Assembly (NCBI RefSeq): GCF_008065095.1
Contig: NZ_CP042911.1
Span: forward strand, 8,010,001 to 8,042,000
Direction of reading: 5' to 3'
DNA from: Gemmata obscuriglobus
Lineage (GTDB): Bacteria; Planctomycetota; Planctomycetia; Gemmatales; Gemmataceae
Length of the DNA stretch: 32,000 bases
In this document: positions 1 through 12,000 of the stretch, piece after piece
How positions within the stretch are numbered: position 1 is the first letter of the stretch
Layout of the letters: every line of letters starts with the position of its first letter
Position numbers and translations under genes: made by a program
Notes under the pieces: model-generated
Seen by the model: only the letters and a program-made list of their open reading frames with translations
Database searches by the model: none
What the model was told of the DNA's origin: nothing

Positions 1-3000
1 GCAGCGAAGACTGCGTCCGAATAACTCGAAGCACTTGTTCTCCGCGGCTCATAGCCGCGGCCGAATTGAAGCCAAGGCACGGCCAAGGAAAAGGAAGCTC
101 TCCAACAGGTTCTCCGCGGCTCATAGCCGCGGCCGAATTGAAGCCCGTTGGCGGCCGTGCCGCTGAGCAGCTCGCGGGCGTTCTCCGCGGCTCATAGCCG
201 CGGCCGAATTGAAGCGCGTGCGTCTGGTTGTACGCCCCCACCGCCACCCGCAGCCGGTTCTCCGCGGCTCATAGCCGCGGCCGAATTGAAGCTGCTTGCC
301 CATCAGCACGCCCGCGAGGTAGTCGGGGGTTCTCCGCGGCTCATAGCCGCGGCCGAATTGAAGCACGAGCCTCGCGGTGACGTTCGAGGCGAGCCCGGAC
401 GGGTGTTCTCCGCGGCTCATAGCCGCGGCCGAATTGAAGCGGTCAACACGGCCGCGCGGGCCGCCGTGACCGAGAAGGGGTTCTCCGCGGCTCATAGCCG
501 CGGCCGAATTGAAGCCTCACCGAGCTAGAAGGCTTTCCGCGGGGGCAGTACGTTCTCCGCGGCTCATAGCCGCGGCCGAATTGAAGCGGCTTGTGCCCCA
601 GGTCCGTCCGCCACGAGTCGGCTTGTTCTCCGCGGCTCATAGCCGCGGCCGAATTGAAGCTCGACTTGGCCATGTGTGCAGGGTAGCCGTGCAACCGTTC
701 TCCGCGGCTCATAGCCGCGGCCGAATTGAAGCTCTCCCATAGCTCGCTGCCCTAAAGACGTTGAACAGGTTCTCCGCGGCTCATAGCCGCGGCCGAATTG
801 AAGCTTAAAGGTTCTTGCGCGGCCAGCAGCTAGCTCGGCTGTTCTCCGCGGCTCATAGCCGCGGCCGAATTGAAGCTACTTGGTTTGGTGGTGATGCTAA
901 TACCCGGCTCTAGTTCTCCGCGGCTCATAGCCGCGGCCGAATTGAAGCTCTGACTTAACCGCAGGCACTACACCGGACGGCACAGGTTCTCCGCGGCTCA
1001 TAGCCGCGGCCGAATTGAAGCTTCGCACCCGGGTGGGCCGCCTTGCAGGCCCGCTGCCAGGTTCTCCGCGGCTCATAGCCGCGGCCGAATTGAAGCACAC
1101 TGACGTGCGAAGCGGGCCTGTGGCGGCTGGCGATGTTCTCCGCGGCTCATAGCCGCGGCCGAATTGAAGCCACGAACGGCGTAAACTGGCCCTTGCCCGG
1201 AACCGCGTTCTCCGCGGCTCATAGCCGCGGCCGAATTGAAGCCGTCTGCTCGCGTTGAGCGATTGTGTATAGCGTTTCGTTCTCCGCGGCTCATAGCCGC
1301 GGCCGAATTGAAGCCTGTATGCGGCCGCTTTGGTTTGAGTCGCGGTCACGTTCTCCGCGGCTCATAGCCGCGGCCGAATTGAAGCCACGGCTCGTCTGAC
1401 AGGTTTGGAGTTTCACCGCACGGGTTCTCCGCGGCTCATAGCCGCGGCCGAATTGAAGCCCAATTCGCAACTGCGCACACGTATTCCGCGGTACACGGCG
1501 CCGCCTCAGAAGTTCTCCGCGGCTCATAGCCGCGGCCGAATTGAAGCAGCCTGCCCCCGAGCGGCCGGCACGTGCGGCCGATGTTCTCCGCGGCTCATAG
1601 CCGCGGCCGAATTGAAGCCAGCTTTACCGCAAGGCCATCCGTGAGGGCAAGTGATGGTTCTCCGCGGCTCATAGCCGCGGCCGAATTGAAGCTGACCCTG
1701 ACGCCAGCCAGCCCCAACGCCAACGCGCGGGTTCTCCGCGGCTCATAGCCGCGGCCGAATTGAAGCGGTCAATTCGGCCGCGGCCTGGATCAGCGGCCCG
1801 GGTTCTCCGCGGCTCATAGCCGCGGCCGAATTGAAGCCGCTGCCGGTGGTCGAACTGGTATTCCGCACTGGTCGTTCTCCGCGGCTCATAGCCGCGGCCG
1901 AATTGAAGCAGGTCGCTCACCACCAGCGTGCGGGCGGGGATGTGGTTCTCCGCGGCTCATAGCCGCGGCCGAATTGAAGCCCAGCGCCGAGGAGCTGTCA
2001 CAGATCCTGGCCCCGTGTTCTCCGCGGCTCATAGCCGCGGCCGAATTGAAGCGGGAAGTGTGGATCTCACCCTACTTCAGAGACGGCGTTCTCCGCGGCT
2101 CATAGCCGCGGCCGAATTGAAGCGTGTGAAGTTCTGGTCATACCTGACGCTGACTTGCAGAGTTCTCCGCGGCTCATAGCCGCGGCCGAATTGAAGCCAG
2201 CGAAGAGTTTAATGCGGACGACTTCTCACTGGATGGGGTTCTCCGCGGCTCATAGCCGCGGCCGAATTGAAGCGAATTCGTGCCCGTTAGCCTCTGCCCA
2301 AGACCGAGCCGTTCTCCGCGGCTCATAGCCGCGGCCGAATTGAAGCCGTCCATGGCATTGCTCGTCAACGCACAGACCGGCCGTTCTCCGCGGCTCATAG
2401 CCGCGGCCGAATTGAAGCTGGATCGCCTCGGCCCGCTTGATCGCCGGCTTGACGGTTCTCCGCGGCTCATAGCCGCGGCCGAATTGAAGCGTGCGGCGGC
2501 TTGCCCAGGCGAACGGACTGCCGGCGTTCTCCGCGGCTCATAGCCGCGGCCGAATTGAAGCAAGTCCGGCTCCCCCGACGTGACCAACTGGGGCGGCGGT
2601 TCTCCGCGGCTCATAGCCGCGGCCGAATTGAAGCCAGACCGAGCAGGGTGATCTGGAACAGCGCCGTCGAGTTCTCCGCGGCTCATAGCCGCGGCCGAAT
2701 TGAAGCGCGGACACCCCCGCGGGCCAAGCGGAAGCGGGCGAAGTTCTCCGCGGCTCATAGCCGCGGCCGAATTGAAGCCTCCTCGTCGTGGTCGCACACG
2801 ATGGCCCGGGGCCGAGGGTTCTCCGCGGCTCATAGCCGCGGCCGAATTGAAGCCACCGGGGTTCCTACCCAGCCCACACCGACGACGGCGTTCTCCGCGG
2901 CTCATAGCCGCGGCCGAATTGAAGCACGCAGCATTTGCACGAATCGCGGTCGAGAGCCCATGTTCTCCGCGGCTCATAGCCGCGGCCGAATTGAAGCCAC

Positions 3001-6000
3001 GTCCGTATTCCGGGGCATCTCCGTCTCCTTGGTTGTTCTCCGCGGCTCATAGCCGCGGCCGAATTGAAGCGCCGCGTGCGGGGACAACCCCGGCGACCGA
3101 ACGCCCGCGGTTCTCCGCGGCTCATAGCCGCGGCCGAATTGAAGCCTGATGTACCGCCGCCGGGGGCACGGGGTGGCTGACGTTCTCCGCGGCTCATAGC
3201 CGCGGCCGAATTGAAGCAGGTGGGCGCGGAGGGCCGCCTTCTGCGCGTCGGTCGTTCTCCGCGGCTCATAGCCGCGGCCGAATTGAAGCGACATCCCCGT
3301 TGCCACCGCGCAGGTGCTCGTGCGGGTTCTCCGCGGCTCATAGCCGCGGCCGAATTGAAGCCCGGTGATCGTCACCGTCTCGCCCTCAGCGCAGGCTCGC
3401 AGTTCTCCGCGGCTCATAGCCGCGGCCGAATTGAAGCCATGTACCGCTTGCACAGCTCGTTGACGGTGGTGTCCTGGTTCTCCGCGGCTCATAGCCGCGG
3501 CCGAATTGAAGCCGCCTTCGCCTGCCACTCGCGGTACGCGGGCGAGGTGGTTCTCCGCGGCTCATAGCCGCGGCCGAATTGAAGCCGGCTCGCCTTCTCC
3601 TCGGCCCACGACACCGCGATCGAGTTCTCCGCGGCTCATAGCCGCGGCCGAATTGAAGCGATGTACGCGGGCATGTCGCACCTCAGACGGACGTGTTCTC
3701 CGCGGCTCATAGCCGCGGCCGAATTGAAGCAACGAGCTTCTCGCGGCCGACTACCCCGAGGTGTCGCGTTCTCCGCGGCTCATAGCCGCGGCCGAATTGA
3801 AGCCGCAGTCCGGCACGCCGGGGTTTGCGAGTCGCGCGGTTCTCCGCGGCTCATAGCCGCGGCCGAATTGAAGCGGCCAAAAGCGGTCTGGCTGTCTTCG
3901 CCCGGCAGCGTTCTCCGCGGCTCATAGCCGCGGCCGAATTGAAGCTTCGGCTTCCGGCTCGCCGGCATGAGTCCCGCGGAGAAGTTCTCCGCGGCTCATA
4001 GCCGCGGCCGAATTGAAGCCAGACGTGCGACCCGGCCGCGTCCACCAGCGCCGCGTTCTCCGCGGCTCATAGCCGCGGCCGAATTGAAGCTACCGCACGG
4101 AAGTGGAGCTGAACCTGCTCCGCGCCGTTCTCCGCGGCTCATAGCCGCGGCCGAATTGAAGCTCGACCGTCCCGTGCGCGTGGCCGTACACCCGGGCCAG
4201 GGCCGCGATGAGTTCTCCGCGGCTCATAGCCGCGGCCGAATTGAAGCACAGAACTCCGCGGATTTCCGCCCAGAAGTTGTAGTTCTCCGCGGCTCATAGC
4301 CGCGGCCGAATTGAAGCGCTCCAAGTACGAGGACGGCAGTAAGGAGCTTCTGAAGTTCTCCGCGGCTCATAGCCGCGGCCGAATTGAAGCAGGCCCCGCC
4401 GTTCGGGCGGTACCCCTGGACCACCCGGGTTCTCCGCGGCTCATAGCCGCGGCCGAATTGAAGCCCCGGGGCGTACATTCGTTCGCCCGCGCCTGTGACG
4501 GGTTCTCCGCGGCTCATAGCCGCGGCCGAATTGAAGCACTCACTCACGGGGCGCTGAGATGGCGGGGTCGCTGGAGTTCTCCGCGGCTCATAGCCGCGGC
4601 CGAATTGAAGCACCCGCTTCCGTATCTCCGCCCGCGTCCACCCCCGCGTTCTCCGCGGCTCATAGCCGCGGCCGAATTGAAGCCGATTCGGGTGAGGCGT
4701 TGATGCGCGAGATGAGGTTGTTCTCCGCGGCTCATAGCCGCGGCCGAATTGAAGCCGCGGTAGGAGCGGCGGGGGCGTTCTCGACCGGAAGGTTCTCCGC
4801 GGCTCATAGCCGCGGCCGAATTGAAGCATGATGGAAACGTAATAGCTCGGGCGGTCACCGGAAGTTCTCCGCGGCTCATAGCCGCGGCCGAATTGAAGCA
4901 CCACCTGGCCCGAGGTTCGCAGCACCAGCAGCCCGGTTCTCCGCGGCTCATAGCCGCGGCCGAATTGAAGCACGCGGGCTCGAACAGTGCTACCGTTGGA
5001 GCGCGGGTTCTCCGCGGCTCATAGCCGCGGCCGAATTGAAGCCTTAAAGAACGGCACTAATTCGACAACCAATGTAGCCGTTCTCCGCGGCTCATAGCCG
5101 CGGCCGAATTGAAGCGGTTGCTCATGCCGCCACGTTCACCGACCCGGTTGCGTTCTCCGCGGCTCATAGCCGCGGCCGAATTGAAGCGTGCGGTGGGGAG
5201 TCGCTCAGACCGGCACACAGCCAGGTTCTCCGCGGCTCATAGCCGCGGCCGAATTGAAGCGCTCTCGGATCGAAGTAGGCCGGGCACTGGTGGGCGCGTT
5301 CTCCGCGGCTCATAGCCGCGGCCGAATTGAAGCAGGTCGCTCAGCAGCGACCGCAGCCGGTCGGTGTCGGGTTCTCCGCGGCTCATAGCCGCGGCCGAAT
5401 TGAAGCGGTGGCGGCAGCGCGAGAGCAGTGGGCCGCTTACGAGTTCTCCGCGGCTCATAGCCGCGGCCGAATTGAAGCATCCACCGCACCTCAATGCGGA
5501 CCACGTTCCCCGCCGGGGTTCTCCGCGGCTCATAGCCGCGGCCGAATTGAAGCTCGGCCCCCTGCTCGGTGCCGGTCTTGACCCAGCGGAGTTCTCCGCG
5601 GCTCATAGCCGCGGCCGAATTGAAGCTGCGAACTCCGCGGTGCCGTCCGCCGCGTCGAGATCGAGTTCTCCGCGGCTCATAGCCGCGGCCGAATTGAAGC
5701 CGGGCCGCGACCTGATCTTTATTTACGTCTACGGATGTTCTCCGCGGCTCATAGCCGCGGCCGAATTGAAGCCACTGCACTTTCAGGATGTCCGCATGAG
5801 CCTGAAAGACGTTCTCCGCGGCTCATAGCCGCGGCCGAATTGAAGCCGGCGCGGGGGCCGGCATCGGCGACGCGGGAACGGGCGTTCTCCGCGGCTCATA
5901 GCCGCGGCCGAATTGAAGCGTCGCGGGTCACGCGGGAGTCTCCGAGGTGGGCGGGTTCTCCGCGGCTCATAGCCGCGGCCGAATTGAAGCATCAGGCGGT

Positions 6001-9000
6001 GCGATTTGATCGCGAACGAATCTTTGTTCTCCGCGGCTCATAGCCGCGGCCGAATTGAAGCGCGGACTACTTCGCGGACGACGACGGCGCGTACCCCGGG
6101 TTCTCCGCGGCTCATAGCCGCGGCCGAATTGAAGCCTCCCGCACGCTCTCCCTAATGATTGGATTCAGTTAAGTTCTCCGCGGCTCATAGCCGCGGCCGA
6201 ATTGAAGCGGCGCTGACGGGATCGGCCACGTGAGAGCCCCGCGGTTCTCCGCGGCTCATAGCCGCGGCCGAATTGAAGCATGCGCGGCCCGTGGTCCCCG
6301 GCGGAACCGCCTTGTTCTCCGCGGCTCATAGCCGCGGCCGAATTGAAGCCAGGCGATCGCCGGCGCTCACCAGGACGTGACGCTCGTTCTCCGCGGCTCA
6401 TAGCCGCGGCCGAATTGAAGCCATCCATTGCCGCGCGGCGTGCCGCGCGTCCGCCCGGTTCTCCGCGGCTCATAGCCGCGGCCGAATTGAAGCAGCCTGT
6501 CCCGGTACGCCTCCGGCAGGCGCACCATGTTCTCCGCGGCTCATAGCCGCGGCCGAATTGAAGCCGCGATTAATGACCATCCAAATCAGTTCAACCCCTG
6601 TTCTCCGCGGCTCATAGCCGCGGCCGAATTGAAGCTTGGCCATCAGCACCCCGATCCGCACCTGGGCGTTGTGGTTCTCCGCGGCTCATAGCCGCGGCCG
6701 AATTGAAGCTTGGCCATCAGCACCCCGATCCGCACCTGGGCGTTGGTTCTCCGCGGCTCATAGCCGCGGCCGAATTGAAGCCTGGGGCCGCTCTCTGAGG
6801 CCGCAAACCGCACCGGCGTTCTCCGCGGCTCATAGCCGCGGCCGAATTGAAGCCGAATCAGTTCGTGATACGCAGGGTTCAGTTCGATGTTCTCCGCGGC
6901 TCATAGCCGCGGCCGAATTGAAGCGGGCCTTCGAAAGCGCGTTTTGAACGGTGCGATCGTGTTCTCCGCGGCTCATAGCCGCGGCCGAATTGAAGCAGCC
7001 GGACGTCAAACCAAGTTTGTAACGCAGCGAAGTTCTCCGCGGCTCATAGCCGCGGCCGAATTGAAGCCAGTGGTGTGTTAATGGCCGAATGTCCCGTGCA
7101 AGGTTCTCCGCGGCTCATAGCCGCGGCCGAATTGAAGCGACGACACTGCGGACATGATGACATGGATCGTTCGCGTTCTCCGCGGCTCATAGCCGCGGCC
7201 GAATTGAAGCGTCAGCTCCTCGCGGTCCTCGACCCGGCCCGCCTCGGTTCTCCGCGGCTCATAGCCGCGGCCGAATTGAAGCGGTGCAGCGCAGCGGTGC
7301 CGAAACTGCCGGCGGTCCCGAGGGGTTCTCCGCGGCTCATAGCCGCGGCCGAATTGAAGCCACGCAGCCATGCAGCGAGGGTTTATTGGGGCTGCCACGT
7401 TCTCCGCGGCTCATAGCCGCGGCCGAATTGAAGCTCTAGCCAGATCTTCCACTTCGTACCCACCGCCACCGTTCTCCGCGGCTCATAGCCGCGGCCGAAT
7501 TGAAGCGGGCATCGTTTGCTGTCGCCCGCTTCGCGCAGGATGAAGTTCTCCGCGGCTCATAGCCGCGGCCGAATTGAAGCGCCGCGGCGGAAACTCGACA
7601 CCTCAGGGAGCGTCAGGTTCTCCGCGGCTCATAGCCGCGGCCGAATTGAAGCGAACTGTTGCGGACCTCGAACGTGTTCGCGCTCTGGGTTCTCCGCGGC
7701 TCATAGCCGCGGCCGAATTGAAGCACGGCCGCACCCCAGGCCCTGGGCGCCAACTTCGAGTTCTCCGCGGCTCATAGCCGCGGCCGAATTGAAGCCTACG
7801 AATTCGCCGGGCCCGGGTCGCTGTTGACCGTCGTTCTCCGCGGCTCATAGCCGCGGCCGAATTGAAGCAGCACCTTGTCCGCGAACATCTCCACCGCCGC
7901 CTCGTCGTTCTCCGCGGCTCATAGCCGCGGCCGAATTGAAGCGGGCACATTCGCAAGGCCGCCGAACTGTTGGACGGGTGTTCTCCGCGGCTCATAGCCG
8001 CGGCCGAATTGAAGCCGTCGTTGGGTCGAACGGCTGGGTCAGCGGCTTGCCGGTTCTCCGCGGCTCATAGCCGCGGCCGAATTGAAGCAGTTCGTGGCAC
8101 GCCACGGGGCAACCTGGGGCCAGCGTTCTCCGCGGCTCATAGCCGCGGCCGAATTGAAGCGCCGCGGGCGTCGCGATTGGCGTTGCACTGGGATGGAGTT
8201 CTCCGCGGCTCATAGCCGCGGCCGAATTGAAGCCGCCACCGCCCCAGAACGAGAACAGCGTGCCCGGGGGTTCTCCGCGGCTCATAGCCGCGGCCGAATT
8301 GAAGCACGGACTGGACCATCCGCACCGGGCGCGGGGACAGCAGTTCTCCGCGGCTCATAGCCGCGGCCGAATTGAAGCCAGTCGCACCGTCGTTGCAAGC
8401 ATCTTGAGACCATCGCGTTCTCCGCGGCTCATAGCCGCGGCCGAATTGAAGCCAGGTGCTCGATGTACGCCGCGTTCCCACCCGGCCGCGGTTCTCCGCG
8501 GCTCATAGCCGCGGCCGAATTGAAGCCACCGGCACCACCGCGAGCCACTCGGCGGGCCGCGGCGTTCTCCGCGGCTCATAGCCGCGGCCGAATTGAAGCA
8601 CCAACCGCCAAGCCGCCCTGCTTTACGAACACGAGGTTCTCCGCGGCTCATAGCCGCGGCCGAATTGAAGCTGATACCCGGAGCGGGGACGTTCCCCGTC
8701 CGGCCCTGTTCTCCGCGGCTCATAGCCGCGGCCGAATTGAAGCGGCCTCACGCCGCGCGACATCGCCTCGCTCACCGACGTTCTCCGCGGCTCATAGCCG
8801 CGGCCGAATTGAAGCTCCTCGCACTCGTTCAGTGGGCACGCGAACGGCCCCGTTCTCCGCGGCTCATAGCCGCGGCCGAATTGAAGCGGACAGGCCATGC
8901 GCGATTTTCAGGCCACCATCGGCGTTCTCCGCGGCTCATAGCCGCGGCCGAATTGAAGCCACGAGCACTTTCACCGCGTGCTGCGCGAGGAACGGGTTCT

Positions 9001-12000
9001 CCGCGGCTCATAGCCGCGGCCGAATTGAAGCCCGTACCGCTCGATGCCGGTGAGCCGCCGCGCCTCCGTTCTCCGCGGCTCATAGCCGCGGCCGAATTGA
9101 AGCCTGCTGCGTGGGCGGCGCGAACCCCTGCACCAGCCCGGTTCTCCGCGGCTCATAGCCGCGGCCGAATTGAAGCCTGCTGCGTGGGCGGCGCGAACCC
9201 CTGCACCAGCCCGTTCTCCGCGGCTCATAGCCGCGGCCGAATTGAAGCATGCGGAACGCGGGCCAGCCGTGGTGGCGCACCCCGCTCACCGTTCTCCGCG
9301 GCTCATAGCCGCGGCCGAATTGAAGCCGGCGGTGGCGCCGCGGGCTTGACCGGCTTCGGAGGGTTCTCCGCGGCTCATAGCCGCGGCCGAATTGAAGCCC
9401 GACCGCGCTGCCCCCGGCGGTGCCCAGCCTGACCGTTCTCCGCGGCTCATAGCCGCGGCCGAATTGAAGCACGATGTCCTCGAAGCGCCGCGTCACGGGC
9501 GCCAGCGGTTCTCCGCGGCTCATAGCCGCGGCCGAATTGAAGCAGTATTGGGAGCGCGAGCGGCGTGAAGCCGGAGGAGGTTCTCCGCGGCTCATAGCCG
9601 CGGCCGAATTGAAGCGACACCCCGTCCGCACTCAGCATCTCGATTTTGCCGCGTTCTCCGCGGCTCATAGCCGCGGCCGAATTGAAGCAGCCCCAGGTAG
9701 TTCGCGAGCTTCCCGAGGGCGTCGGTTCTCCGCGGCTCATAGCCGCGGCCGAATTGAAGCTGCTACCTTGTCCAGGGCTGTATCGATCGTCGGCGGCGTT
9801 CTCCGCGGCTCATAGCCGCGGCCGAATTGAAGCTACCGTGATCCGCACCCGCTGTACCGCAACCTGGGCAGTTCTCCGCGGCTCATAGCCGCGGCTGAAT
9901 TGAAGCGCGAAGTCGAGGTTGCCCGCGACCCACACGTGCTCCTGTTCTCCGCGGCTCATAGCCGCGGCCGAATTGAAGCTCCCCGCGCTTCCGCCGCTCG
10001 CCCACGCCGGGCGGCGCGTTCTCCGCGGCTCATAGCCGCGGCCGAATTGAAGCAAGCAGCACGTCGTTTGCGTGATGGGCGATCGTCGGGTTCTCCGCGG
10101 CTCATAGCCGCGGCCGAATTGAAGCGCCGTTCCCACGACCTCGTCAAGCCGGTCCAGCACCGTTCTCCGCGGCTCATAGCCGCGGCCGAATTGAAGCGCG
10201 CGGGGGTGCAGTGACGACCCGGCGATCTACGCCGGTTCTCCGCGGCTCATAGCCGCGGCCGAATTGAAGCGCGTCGGGGCCGTCCCGGATGTGAACCTCA
10301 ACACTGAGGTTCTCCGCGGCTCATAGCCGCGGCCGAATTGAAGCCGAGAGCCGTTGAGGACGTTGATGATGCCTTAACGTGTTCTCCGCGGCTCATAGCC
10401 GCGGCCGAATTGAAGCACTACAAGCCTCCGCTGAAATGCGTTCCGTACCAAGTTCTCCGCGGCTCATAGCCGCGGCCGAATTGAAGCGACCGCAAATCGT
10501 TATCGGCGACGAGGCCCAAAACCTGGTTCTCCGCGGCTCATAGCCGCGGCCGAATTGAAGCCGGCTCGCGATCTCGGCCGCCAGCGAGCGCTCGACGGCG
10601 TTCTCCGCGGCTCATAGCCGCGGCCGAATTGAAGCCCTGCTCACCCCGATCCTCGACGGCCGGACTTTCATTGTTCTCCGCGGCTCATAGCCGCGGCCGA
10701 ATTGAAGCGCCCATGCCCCGCTCAGCCGTGCCATGCCGTACCGAGCCGCGGTTCTCCGCGGCTCATAGCCGCGGCCGAATTGAAGCCGCAAGGCGCGGGG
10801 CGACAAGCCGCCGAATCGGTGGGGTTCTCCGCGGCTCATAGCCGCGGCCGAATTGAAGCGGTCAGGAGGGCGAGCAGAACGGCGGGGACGAGAGCGTAGT
10901 TCTCCGCGGCTCATAGCCGCGGCCGAATTGAAGCGCCCAATCCCACGTCGATCCGACGCACTTCAGGATGGTTCTCCGCGGCTCATAGCCGCGGCCGAAT
11001 TGAAGCTCCCGCCGACTCGTCCGGGTCAGCGAAAACCAGGTCGTTCTCCGCGGCTCATAGCCGCGGCCGAATTGAAGCCGTGCCCCTCACGCCGCTGGTG
11101 CGGGCCGCGATCAAGGAGTTCTCCGCGGCTCATAGCCGCGGCCGAATTGAAGCTTCGGCGACGAGTGGGGGCCGTCGGGCACGGACCGCAGTTCTCCGCG
11201 GCTCATAGCCGCGGCCGAATTGAAGCGCGCCCCGCTTGCACGCCTGCCACCCGTACCCCTTGCGGTTCTCCGCGGCTCATAGCCGCGGCCGAATTGAAGC
11301 CGGCACGATGCGCGAGTCGATCTGCCGCTTGTACCCGGTTCTCCGCGGCTCATAGCCGCGGCCGAATTGAAGCGTACATCGCGCGCAAGATCGTCGCGCC
11401 CGCGAGCCGAGTTCTCCGCGGCTCATAGCCGCGGCCGAATTGAAGCTGAGATGTTGATAAGCTGTGACACTGCCGGAGCTACGTTCTCCGCGGCTCATAG
11501 CCGCGGCCGAATTGAAGCGGACGGTGAGCCGATCTACGCCGAGTGCGGGCACTGGTTCTCCGCGGCTCATAGCCGCGGCCGAATTGAAGCGACACCACGA
11601 GCACGACCGGCTCGTGGGTGTCCACGTTCTCCGCGGCTCATAGCCGCGGCCGAATTGAAGCCGCGTGGAGGCGGACAGCCCGGAGGACGCGAAGCAGAGT
11701 TCTCCGCGGCTCATAGCCGCGGCCGAATTGAAGCGGTCTGACCCGGGCCGCACGGGAGCACGGGCCGGGCGTTCTCCGCGGCTCATAGCCGCGGCCGAAT
11801 TGAAGCGGCGATCGGCTGCACAACATCCGGCCGGACTGGGCCAGGTTCTCCGCGGCTCATAGCCGCGGCCGAATTGAAGCAACGCGGACACGATCCAAGA
11901 GGGGGTGCGGGTCGAGGTTCTCCGCGGCTCATAGCCGCGGCCGAATTGAAGCCGGATAACTCATACCGTCACCCCTTCCCTGGTGTGTTTGTTCTCCGCG

